A stretch of DNA of 64,000 nucleotides. Origin: the human T2T-CHM13v2.0 reference genome, Homo sapiens. Where the stretch lies: NCBI RefSeq assembly GCF_009914755.1, contig NC_060947.1; one strand, written 5' to 3'. Positions 13,949 through 24,881 of this stretch are shown piece after piece (within the stretch, counting starts at the first letter, position 1; each line of letters starts with the position of its first letter). The translations under genes and the position numbers were made by a program. The notes below the pieces were generated by a model. The model was not told the origin of the DNA, did not search any database, and worked only from the letters and a program-made list of their open reading frames with translations.

Positions 13949-16900
13949 TCAACTCCCACTTAAGAGTGAGAACATGCAGTGTTTGGCTTTCTGTTCCTGT
14001 GTTAGTTTTCTGAGAATTATGGTTTCCAGCTTAATCCATGTCCCTGCAAAAGACATGAATTCATCCTTTTTTATGGCTGCATAGTATCCCATGGTGGATA
14101 TGTGCCACATTTTCTTTATCCAGTCTATCACTGATGGACATTTTGGTGGGTTCCAAGTCTTTGCTATTGTGTATAGTCCTGCAATAAACATACATGTGCA
14201 TGTGTCTTTATGGTAGAATGATTTATAATCCTTTGGGTATACAACCAGTGATGGGATTGCTGGGTCAATTGGTATTTCTGATTCTAGATTCCTGAGGAAT
14301 CTCCACACTATCTTCCACAATGGTTGAAGTAATTTACACTCCCACCAACAGTGTAAAAGCATTCCTGTTTCTCCATATCCTCTCCAGCATCTGTTGTTTC
14401 CTGACTTTTTAATGATTGCCATTCTAACTGGCAGGAGATGGTATCTCATAGTTGTTTTGATTTGCATTTCTCTAACGACCAGTGATGATGATTTTCATAT
14501 GTTTATTGGACACATAAATGTCCTCTTTTGAGAAGTGTCTGTTCATATCCTTCACCCACTTTTTGATGGGGTTGTTTGGTTTTTTTCCTTGTAAATTTGT
14601 TTAAGTTCCTTGTAGATTCTGGATACTAGACCTTTGTCAGATGGATAGATTGCAAAAATTTTCTCCCATTCTGTAGGTTGCCTGTTCACTCTGATGGTAT
14701 TTTCTTTTGCTGTGCAGAAGCTCTTTAGTTTAATTAGATCCCATTTGTCAATTTTGGCTTTTGTTGCCATTGCTTTTGGTGTTTTACTCATGAAGTCTTT
14801 CCCCATGCCTATGTCCTGAATGGTATTGCCTAGGTTTTCTTTTAAGGTTTTTATGGTTTTAGGTCTTACATTTAAGTCTTTAATCCATCTTGAGTTAATT
14901 TTTGTATAAGGTGTAAGGAAGTGGTCCATTTTCAGTTTCTGGCATATGGCTATCCAATTTTCCCAACACCACTTATTAAATAGGAAATCCTTTCCCCATT
15001 GCTTGTTTTTGTCAGATTTGTAAAGGTCTGATGGTTGTAGATGTGTGATGTTATTTCTGAGGCCCCTGTTCTCTTCCATTGGTCTATATATCTGTTTTGG
15101 TACCAGTACCATGCTGTTTTGGTTACTGTATCCTTGTAGTATAGTTTGAAGTCAGGTAGTGTGATGCCTCCACCTTTGTTCTTTTGGCTTAGGATTGTCT
15201 TGGCTATATGAGATTTTTTTTTTTTTTGTTCCGTATGAAATTGAAAGTAGTTTTTTCTAGTTCTGTAAAGAAAGTCAAGTTTTCTAGCTCTGTAAAGTTA
15301 ATCATGTGGTTTTTGTCTTTGGTTCTGTTTTGTGATGGATTATGTTTATTGATTTGTGCATGTTGAACCAGCCTTGCATCCCAGGGATGAAGCCAAATTG
15401 ATCATGGTGGATAAGTTTTTTGATGTGCTGCTGGATTCAGTTTGCCAGTATTTTATTGAGGATTTTTGCATTGATGTTCATCAGGAATATTGGCCTGAAG
15501 TTTTCTTTTTTTGTGTATATGTCTCCTCCTGGTTTTGGTGTCAAGATGATGCTTGCTTCATAAAATGAGTTAGGGAGGAGTGCCTCCTTTTCAATTGTTT
15601 GGAATAGTTTCCGAATGAACATTACCAGCCCCTCTTTGTACCTCTGGTAGAATTTGGCTGGGAATCCATCTGGTCCTGGGCTTTTTTTGGTTGGTAGGCT
15701 ATTAATTACTGCCTCAATTTCAGAACTTGTTATTGGTCTATTCAAGGATTCAACTTCTTCCTGGTTTAGACTTGGGAGGGTGTATGTGTCCAGGAATTTA
15801 TCCATTTCTTCTAGATTTTCTAGTTTACTTTCATAGAGGTGTTTATAGTATTCTCTGAGGATAGTTTGTATTTCTGTGGGATCAGTGGTTATATCCCCCT
15901 TATCATTTTTTATTGTGTCTATTTGATTCTTCTCTCTTTTCTTCTTTATTATTCTGAATAGAGGTCTCTTTTTTATTCTTTTTTTTTTTTTTTTTTTTTG
16001 ACAGAGTCTCGCTCTGTCTCCTGGGCTGTAGTACAGTGGCGTGATCTGCAAGCTCCACCTCCCAGGTTCATGCCATTCTACCACCTCCGCCTCCTGAGTA
16101 GCTGGGACTACAGGCACCTGCCACCACACCCAGCTAATTTTGTTTTTTGTATTTTTAGTAGAGACGGGGTTTCACCGTGTTAGCCAGGATGGTCTCAATC
16201 TCCTGACTTCGTGATCTGCCCATCTCAGCCTCCCAAAGTGCTGGGATTACAGGTGTGAGCCACTGCACCTGGCCTGGTCTATCTATTTTGTTAATCTTTT
16301 CAAAAAAACAGCTCCTGTATTCAATGATTTTTTGAAGGTTTTTTTTTGTTTCTAACTCCTTCAGTTCTGCCCTGATATTAGCTATTTCTTGTCTTCCTCT
16401 GGCTTTTGAATTTGTTCAGTCTTGCTTCTCTAGTTCATTGAATTGTGATGTTAGGGTGTTGGTTTTAGATATTTCCCACTTTATCCTGTGGGCATTTAGT
16501 GCTATAAATTTGCCTCTAAGCACTGCTTCAGCTGTGTCCCAGAGATTCTGATACATTGTCTCTTTTTTCTCATTGGTTTCAAAGAACTTTTTATTTCTGC
16601 ATTAATTTTGTTATTTACTCAGTAGTCATTCAGGAGCAGGTTGTTCAATTTCCATGTAGTTGTGCCGTTTTCAGTGTGTTTCCTCATCCCGAGTTCTAAT
16701 TTGATTGAACTGTGGTCTAAAATGCTGTTTATTATGATTTCCATTCTTTTGCATTTGCTGAGTAGTGTTTTACTTCCATATATGGGGTCAATTTTAGAAT
16801 AAGTGTGATGTGGTGCTGAGAAAAATTTATATTCTGTTGATTTGGGGTGTAGAGTTCTGTAGATGTCTATTATGTCCACTTGGTCCAGAGCTGAGTTCAA

Positions 16901-17405
16901 GTCCTGAATACCGTTGTCAATTTTTTGTCTCGTCGATTTGTCTAATATTGATGGGGGGTGTTAAAGTCTCCCACTATTATTGTGTGGGAGTCTAAGTCTC
17001 TTTGTAGGTCTCTAAGAACTTGCTTTATGAATCTGGTTGCTCCTGTATTGGGTGCATATATACTTAGCATAGTTAGGTCTTCTTGTTTCATTGATCCCTT
17101 TACCATTGTGTAATGCGCTTGTCTTTTTTGATCTTTGTTGGTTTAAAGTCTGTTTTATCAGAGACCAGGATTGCAACCTCTGCTTTTTTTTTTCTTTCCA
17201 TTTGCTTGGTACATATTCCTCCATCCCTTTATTTTGAGCCTATGTGTGTCTTTGCATGTGAGATGGGTCTCCTGAATACAGCACACCAATGGGTCTTGAC
17301 TCTGTATCCAATTTGCCAGTGTGTGTATTTTAATTGGGTCATTTAACCTGTTTACATTTAAGATTAATATTCTTACGTATGAATTTGATCCTGTCCTTAT
17401 GATGC
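13949..17405 (-). pseudogene. Disrupted L1 ORF2 (endonuclease/reverse transcriptase)
   Basis: Fragments 16619-16900 (EN: YRTLHP, DHS), 15437-15950 ([13 protein letters not shown]), 14552-15112 and 13949-14467 (C-terminus). The FADD region is deleted. Confidence 0.9.
15969..16274 (-). mobile_element. AluY-like
   Basis: Diagnostic gcaagctcc, ttcatgccattct, accgtgttagccaggatggtctc; long poly(T); short ggtct duplication. Confidence 0.95.
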
Positions 17406-17467
17406 TAGCTGGTTATTTTTCCCTTTAGTTGGTGCAGTTTCTTCATAGTGTCAATGGTCTTTACAAT

Positions 17468-18495
17468 TTAGTATGTTTTTGCAGTGGCTGGTATGGGCTT
17501 TTTTTTTTCTTCCATATTTAGTGCTTCCTTCAGGACCTCTTGTAAGGCAGGCCTGGTAATGATAAAACCCCTCAGCATTTGCTTGTCTGTAAAGGATTTT
17601 ATTTTTCCATCAGTTATGAAGCTTAGTTTAGTTGGACATAAAATTCTGGGTTGAAAATTCTTTTCTTTAAGAATGTTGAATATTGGCCCCCACTCTCTTC
17701 TTGCTTGTTGGGTTTCTGCAGAGATATCCATTGTTATTCTGATGGGCTTTCCCTTGGGGGTAACTCGACCTTCCTCTCTAGCTGCTCAAAAAATTTTTTC
17801 CATCTTTTCAACCTTGGTGAATCTGGCAATTATGTGTTTTGGGGTTGCTCTTCTCGAGAAGTATCTTTGTGATGTCCTCTGTATTTCCTGAATTTGAATG
17901 TTGGCCTGTCTTGCTAGGTTGGGGAAGTTCTCCTGAATAATATCCTGAAGAGTGCTTTCCAACTTGATTCCATTCTCCCCATCATTTTCCGGTACAGCAA
18001 TCAAACGTAAGTTTCATCTTTTACATAGTCCCATATTTCTTGGAAGCTTTGTTCATTCCTTTTTATTCTTTTTTCTCTAATCTTCTATTCACGCTTTATT
18101 TCATTAATTTGATCTTCAATCTCTGATATCCTTTCTTCTGCTTGATCAATTGGGCTGTTGATACTTCTGTGTGCTTCATGAAGTTCTCGTGTTGTGTTTT
18201 TCAGCTCCATCAGGTCATTTATGTTCTTTTCTAAACTGGTTATTCTAGGTAGCAATTCCTCTAGCCATTTTTCAAAGTTCTTAGCTTGCTTGCATTGGGT
18301 TAGAACATGCACTTTTAGCTCAGCGGAGTTTGTTATTACCCATGTTCTGAAGCCTACTTCTGTCAATTCATCAAACTCATTCTCTGTACAGTTTTTTTTC
18401 CCTTGCTGGCAAGGAATGGTGATCCTTTGGAGAGAAGAGGAATTCTGGTTTTTGGAATTTTCAGACTTTTTGCGCTGGTTTTTCCTCATCTTCAT
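17468..18495 (-). pseudogene. Disrupted L1 ORF1
   Basis: Fragments MRKNQRKKSENSKNQ..., IIQENFPNLARQANIQIQEIQRT and QARREWGPIFNILKEKNFQPRI lie in separate frames. Confidence 0.92.
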
Positions 18496-19842
18496 GGATT
18501 TATCTACCTTTGGTCTATGATGTTGGTCACCTTCGAATGGGGTTTTTGTGTGGACGTCCTTTTTGTTTATGTTGATGCTGTTTTTTTCTGTTTGTTAGTT
18601 TTCCTTCTAACAGTCAGGACCCTCTGCTGCAGGTCTGCTGGAATTTGCTGGAGGTCCAGTCCAGACCCTGTTTGCCTGGGTATCACCAGAAGAGTCTACA
18701 GAACAGCAAAGATTGATGCCTCTTCCTTCTTCTGGAAGATCTGTCCCAGAGGATCACCCACCAGATGCCAGCCGGTGCTCTCCTGTATGAGGTGTCTGTT
18801 GACCCCTGCTGGGAGGTGTCTCCTCACCAGGAGGCACAGGGGTCAGGGGCCCACTTGAGGAGGCAGTCTGTCTTTTAGCAGAGCTCGAGCACTGTGCTGG
18901 TAGATCTGCTGCTGTCTTCAGAGCCAGCAGGCAGGAATGTTTAGGTCTGCTGAAGCTGCACTTACAGCTGCCCCATCCCCCAGGTGCTCTGTACCAGGGA
19001 GATGGGAGTTTGATCTATAAGCCCCTGACTGGGGCTGCTGTCTTTCTTTCAGAGATGCCCTGCCCAGAGAGGAGGAATCTAGAGAGGCAGTCTGGCTACA
19101 GGGCTTTGCTGAGCTGTGATGGGCTCCGCTCAGTTTGAACTTCCCAGAGGCTTTGTTTACACTGTGAGGGGAAAACCACTACTCAAGCCTCAGTAATGGC
19201 ATTCCCCCCTCGCCTCACCAAGCTCAAGCATCCCAGGTCAACTTCAGACTGCTGCACTGGCAGCGAGAATTTTAAGCCAGTGGATCTTAGCTTGCTTGGC
19301 TTAGTGGTAGTGGGATCCACTGAGCTAGACCTCTTGGCTCCCTGGCTTCAGCCCCCTTTCCAGGGGAGTGAATGGTTCTTTCTCACTGGCATTCCAGGTC
19401 CCAATGAGGTATGAAAAAAATCTCTGGCAGCTAGCTCAGTGTCTGCCCAACCAGCCACCCAGTTTTGTGCTTGAAGCCCAGGGCCCTGGTGGTGTAGGCA
19501 CCTGGGGGAATCTCTTGGTCTGTGGGTTCTGAAGACCATGGGAAAGTATAGTAGCTGGGCTGGAATGCACTGTTCCTCACAGCACAGTCCCTCACAGCAC
19601 AGTCCCTCACAGCTGCCTTTGGCTAGGAGAGGGTGTTCCCCTATCCCTTGTGCTTCCCAGGTGAGGCAATGCCCCACCCTGCTTCAGCCCACCCTTTGTG
19701 GGCTGCACCCACTGTCTAACCAGTCCCAATGAGATGAGCTGTGTACCTCAGTTGGAAATACAGAAATCAACCATCATCTCCATTGATCTCACTAGGCACT
19801 ACAGACTGGAGCTGTTCCTATTCGGCCATCTTGCCAGCCACC
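18496..19842 (-). promoter_or_regulatory. L1 5'UTR internal promoter with intact YY1 motif; CpG-depleted
   Basis: ggccatctt (AAGATGGCC on -) at 19824-19832; 15-bp tandem duplication cctcacagcacagtc at 19575-19613. Confidence 0.75.
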
Positions 19843-20039
19843 TATTTCTGCTCTTTGTTTTTTTTTTTATTTTTTTAATCAATTTTTCCATAGCATTTGG
19901 TGTTGTTAAAATTGGTATCACTCCTTGAAACTGGTTTTATGTCTTTTAGAGGTATTCAAAAAGTCTCAACCATAACTTCTTCACATAATGCTTCTCCTTT
20001 TTCACTCTCATTTCCTTTGATAATCTATTTATACCTATG

Positions 20040-20458
20040 TGATACAGTTTGGGTGTTTGTCCACTCCAAATCTCATGTTAAAATGGGACCTCCAATGGTG
20101 AAGGTATGCCTAGTGGGATGTGTTTGGATCACAGGGTAGGATACCTCCTGAATGGCTTGTTGCTTTCCTCATGGTAATGAGTGAGTTCTCATGCTATGAG
20201 TTCACATAAGATCTGGGTGTTTAAAAGAGCCTGATAGCTCCTCCCTCTCTCTCTTTCTCATTCTTGCCATGCTGTGTGCCTGCTCCCTGCTTCACCTTCA
20301 ACCAGGATTGTAAGCTTCCTGAGGCTCTCACCAGAAGCAGATGCCAACATCATGATTTCTGTATAGGCTGTAGAACTGTGAGTCAAAATAAGCCTCTTTT
20401 CTTTATAAATTACCCAATCTCAGATACTCCTTTATAGCAAGGCAAATGGACTAATACA
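20040..20458 (+). mobile_element. Solo MaLR LTR (MSTB/MSTB1-like)
   Basis: tgatacagtttgg...ggactaataca; perfect 5-bp TSD ctatg. Confidence 0.93.
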
Positions 20459-20530
20459 CTATGCTAGACCTTTTCACTGTTTTTCATACATCTCTTATTC
20501 TCTCTAGTTACCACTTTTCTTTATCTAGCC

Positions 20531-23500
20531 TTCTTTGTTAATTGTGTTTTAGATTCAGAGGGTACATGTTCAGGTTTGTTATAAGGTTATGTCATGTGAA
20601 TCTGAGGTTTGGGCTTCTATTGTTCCCATCACCAAAATAGTAAACATAGTACTCAATAGGAAGTCTTTCAGCCCTTGACTCCCCCTTCCCTTCTCCTTTT
20701 TTGAGTACCCAGTGTCTGTTGTTCCCATCTTTATGTTCATGTGTATCTAATGTTTAGCTCCCACTTATAAGAGAGAATATGCAATATTTATTTTCCTGTT
20801 TCTGTGTTAGTTTGCCCAAGATAATGGCCTCAAGCTGCATCTATGCTGCTGCAAAGAACATGATTTTGTTCTTTATTATGGCTGCATAATATTCCACAAT
20901 GTATTTGTACCAAAATTTTTTAACCCAATTCACTGTTAATGGGGACCTGGTTTGATTCCATGTCTTTGCTTTTATTTTCATTTGTTTATGTTATCTGTGA
21001 TTTCTTTTAGCAATGTTATGTAGTTTTTTTGTAGAGATTTTTCACCTCCTTAGTTAGATCTATTCCTAGCCATTTTATTTTTTGTGGCTATTATAAATGG
21101 AATTGCATCTTTCATTTAGCTCTCAGCTTGAATATTACTCATGTAGAGAAATGCTACAGATTTCTGTATGTTTATTTTGTATGCTGAAACTTTATTCAAC
21201 TTGTTTATCAGGTCTATTAGTCTTTCAGGAGTCTTTTGGACTTTCTAGCTATAGACTCATACTGTCAGCAAAGAGAGATTATTTGACTTCTTCTTTTCCT
21301 ATTTGGATGCCTTTTATTTCTTTCTCTTGACTAATTGCTCTGCTATCGTTTCCAGTACTCTGTTGAATAGGAGTGGTGAAAGTGGACATCCTTGTCTTTT
21401 TTGCAGTTCTTAAAGAGGATTCTTCCAACTTTTGCCTGTTCAGTATTATGTTGCCTCTGGGTTTGTCATAGATAGCTCTTCGTGTTTTGAGGTATGTTCC
21501 TTCAGTGCCTAGTTTGAATGCTTTTATCATGAAGGGATGCTGGATTTTATTGAAAGATCTTTCTGCATCTATTGAGATGATCACATGGTTTTTTTTTTAA
21601 ATCTGTTTATATGGTAAATCACATTTATTGATTTGTGTATGTTGAAACAAACTTGCCTCCCAGGAATAAAGGCCACTTGCTTGTGGTCCATTAACTTTTT
21701 GTTGTGCTGCTGAATTTGGTTTGCTAGTATTTGGTTGAGGGATTTTGTGTCTATGTTCATCAGGGATATTGGCCTCTAGTTTTCTTTTTCTGTTGAGTCT
21801 TTGCCAGATTTTAATATCAGAATAATACTGGTTTTGTAGAATCAGCTAGCGAGAAATATTTTCTCTTCAATTTTTGGGAATAGTTTCAGTAGGATTTGTA
21901 CTAGCTCTTCCTTGTATATCTGTTATAATTTAGCTGTAAATCCATCTGGTTTAGGACTGGTTTTAGTTGGTAGGTTTTTAATTTACTGATTCAAGTTTGG
22001 AAATTGTTATTGGTCTGCTCAGAGTTTCAATTTTTTTTCTGATTCAATTTTGGGAGGTTGTGTTTTACCAGGAATTTATCGACTTCCTCTAGATTTTCTA
22101 TTTTGTGTGCATAGAGGTGTTCATAATATTCTCCAAGGATCTTTTGTATTTCTGTGAGATAGGTTATAATGTTAACGTTGTCATTTCTGATTGTGCTTGT
22201 TTTGATCTCTAAATTTTTCTTTGTGCACCTAGCTAGTAGTCTATTGATCTTGTTTATTCTTTCAATTAATCAACTTTTTGTTTCATTGACCCTTGGTAGT
22301 TTTTTTCTCAATTTCCTTTAATTCTGTTCTGGTTTTTGTTATCTCTTTCCTTTTGGTAGCTTTGCGATGCTTGTTCTTGTTTTTCCAGTTGCTTTAGGTG
22401 CAGTGTTAGGTGGTTAATTTGAGATCTTTCTATCTTCTGACTGTAGGCATTTAATGCTATAACTTTTCTGTTAACACTGCTTTTGCCACATCCCAGAGGT
22501 ATTTGTATAATGTATCTCTATTTTCATTTGTTGTGAAAAGTTTTTTAATTCTTCCTTAAATTCATTTTTTACTCAAAAGTCATTCAGGGTCAAGTTGTTT
22601 AGATTCCATATAATTGTGTGTTTTTTAGAGTTCCTCTTGGTACTGATTTCTATTTTTACTCTACAGTGGTCCAAAAGGATGGTTGGTATAATTTTAATTT
22701 TTTTAATTTATTGAGATTTGTTTTACATCAAGCATGTAGTTAGTCTTATAGTATATTCCATGTACTGGTAAGAAGAATGTATATTTTGTGGTTGTTGGGT
22801 GGATTATTCTGTAGATATCTATTAGATCCAATTGGTCAAATGTCAAATTTAGGTCCAGAGATTCATTGTTAGTTTTCTGATTCTGTCAGTGGGGTACTGA
22901 AGTCTCCTACTATTATTGTCTGGCTGTCTAAGCCTCCTCCAAAGTCTAGAAGTAACTTATTAATCTTGGTGCTTTCAATGTTGGGTGCATATATATTTAG
23001 TATAGTTAAATCTTCTTGTTGGATTGAACCATTTATCATTATGTAATGTATTTCTTCTTTTTCACTGTTGTAAGCTTAGCATTTGTTTTATCTGATACAA
23101 AAATAATGACTCCTACTTTTCTTTGTTTTCCACTTGTGTAATAAATATTTCTCTATCCTTTTACTTTGAGCCTATGGGTATTATTACATGTGACATGGGT
23201 CTATTGAAGACAGCAGAAGGATGGGTCTTGTTTTTTAATTTAATTTTCCACTTTATGTCTTTTATGTGGAGGGTTTAGATCATTTACATTCAAGGTTAAT
23301 ATTGATATGTGAAGATTTGTTTTTGTCATAGTGTCATTAGCTAGGTGCTTTGTAGTCTCAATTATGTAGTTACTTTATAGTGTCCGTGTGCTGTGTGCTT
23401 CTGTGGTAGTGAGTATCATTCTTTCATTTCCATGTTTAGAACTCCCTTAAGCATCTTCTGTGGTACCAAACTGGTGGAGATGAATTCCCTTAGTAATTAC

Positions 23501-23764
23501 TGGTCAGGGAAAGGCTTTTTTACTCCTTCATTATAAAGCTCAGTTTGGCAGGATGTAAAATTCTTGGCTGTCCTTTTTTTTTCTTTAAAAATGGTAGAAA
23601 TGGACACCCAATATTTTCTAGCCTGTAAGTTTTCTGTTGAGGAGTCTGCTATCAGTCTGAGGGGTTTTCTTTTATACATAATATGACCTTTTTTTCTGGC
23701 TGCCTTTAAGATTTTTTTCTTTCTTGTTGACCTTGGATAGTCTGATGACTATATGCCTTGGGGT
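20531..23764 (-). mobile_element. 5'-truncated L1PA16/17-like LINE-1 (mid-ORF1 to 3' end) with a ~1.2 kb internal deletion at 20970
   Basis: 3' end agattcagagggtacatgttcaggtttgtt; ORF2 fragment 21279-21584; ORF1 fragment 23497-23679; degenerate TSD tctagccttct/tctatgcttct. Confidence 0.88.
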
Positions 23765-24814
23765 GTCTATGCTTCTGTTTGAGTACTTTCTACTGACTTA
23801 TCTTCTAGTTCACCAGTCCTCTAATTATCCATACGTTACATGCTGTTAAGCCAATTACTAAGTTCTTAATTTTAGTTATTGCATTTTCATTTCTGAAGTG
23901 TCCATTTTGATGCCATTGTATATTTAATTTCTCTATTGAAATTCTGTATTTTGTTATATATTTTGTTGAATGTATAATCATGTTACTTAAGGTCCAACTG
24001 TGATCGTTGCAAATATAGATCTACTGTGAGTCTGTTTTCTATCTATTCTTTTCTTTTAATCTTGTCTCCATGTGCATTGGTAACTTTTTTATTGATTGCT
24101 AGGCATTGAAAAACTACAGAGGCTCTGGATGATATTACTTCTGTATCTCACAGACCAGACAGGTAGACTAGAAGCAAGTCACTTTAATTCAGTTTGGGAT
24201 TAAACTGGTTTGAAATTGTGTTTCAGTATTCATTAAAACTGGTCTATTTTCAGTTCACTGTTATTCCTAGGAGCCAGACTTCACGCGTCCCATCTGAAAA
24301 TATGAGGGGTTCATCAAGGCCTCTCAAACTTAATAGGTTTTTGAAGCAAAAAAAAATTCTTTTGCTCTGTAAACTGTCGAAGTTCTGTTCACCTGCTCAA
24401 CCCCTTAGTTGTGGCTTTGACCAAGATTCCAACTTCTTAGCTTTGTGCCAGTTACAAATTAGTAAAGGCCTTCAGAGAAAAAAAGTCGTACAAATTTCAG
24501 ACTTATTTTGTGCTTTTATTTCTTGAAGATCTAGTCTACTCAAATGCTGGTGGCCACCATGGAAGCTTTACAATTTATTTATATTTATTTTTCCCCATAA
24601 TCATGTTTATTTTAACAATTTTATTTGCTTTCTTTCAGATAGGATTAAACTTTCTGTAAATTTAAGTTTATAAAATAAAACTAATACGTTGATTAATTTT
24701 TAACATAGTTTTATAAATATATGACTTTTTCATTTTAAAATATTGGTTTTCTTATTTCAATATTTGTCAAAATTTTAGAATTACAAGATATTTATTTGAT
24801 AGAATCATTTAGTT

Positions 24815-24879
24815 TTCTTTGATGTAAAGTTCTTTGATGTAAAGTTTCTTTGATGTAAAATTCTTTGATGTAAAGTTCT
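24815..24879. repeat. Tandem repeat, 4 x 15-16 bp unit TTCTTTGATGTAAAG
   Basis: ttctttgatgtaaag ttctttgatgtaaagt ttctttgatgtaaaa ttctttgatgtaaag read directly. Confidence 0.95.
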
Positions 24880-24881
24880 AA

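Larger units (their letters stand above)
13714..19842 (-). mobile_element. Full-length inactive LINE-1, L1PA7-like, with a ~0.7 kb RT deletion and an AluY insertion
   Basis: 5' end ...gctgttcctattcggccatcttg; ~1.35 kb 5'UTR; ORF1 and ORF2 remnants; 3' end gcagaatgtgtagatttgttacatagg; TSD tgctctttg(a/t)ttt at 13701-13713 / 19849-19861. Confidence 0.95.
9308..24600 (-). mobile_element. Very old LINE-1 (L1MC/L1ME-class), ORF2 5' part through ORF1/5' region, in about six collinear fragments
   Basis: Highly diverged antisense L1 at 9308-9780, 11963-12028, 12556-13713, 19849-20039, 20459-20530 and 23765-24600; the sequence reads through when the inserts are removed. Confidence 0.65.

Noticed and set aside
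15437-16129. 230-aa Alu-L1 ORF2 fusion protein
   Set aside because: Chance in-frame read from the AluY right arm through poly(A) into ORF2; no promoter or splice support.
24815-24879. CRISPR-like array
   Set aside because: Units are contiguous with no spacers, there are no cas genes, and the DNA is primate nuclear.
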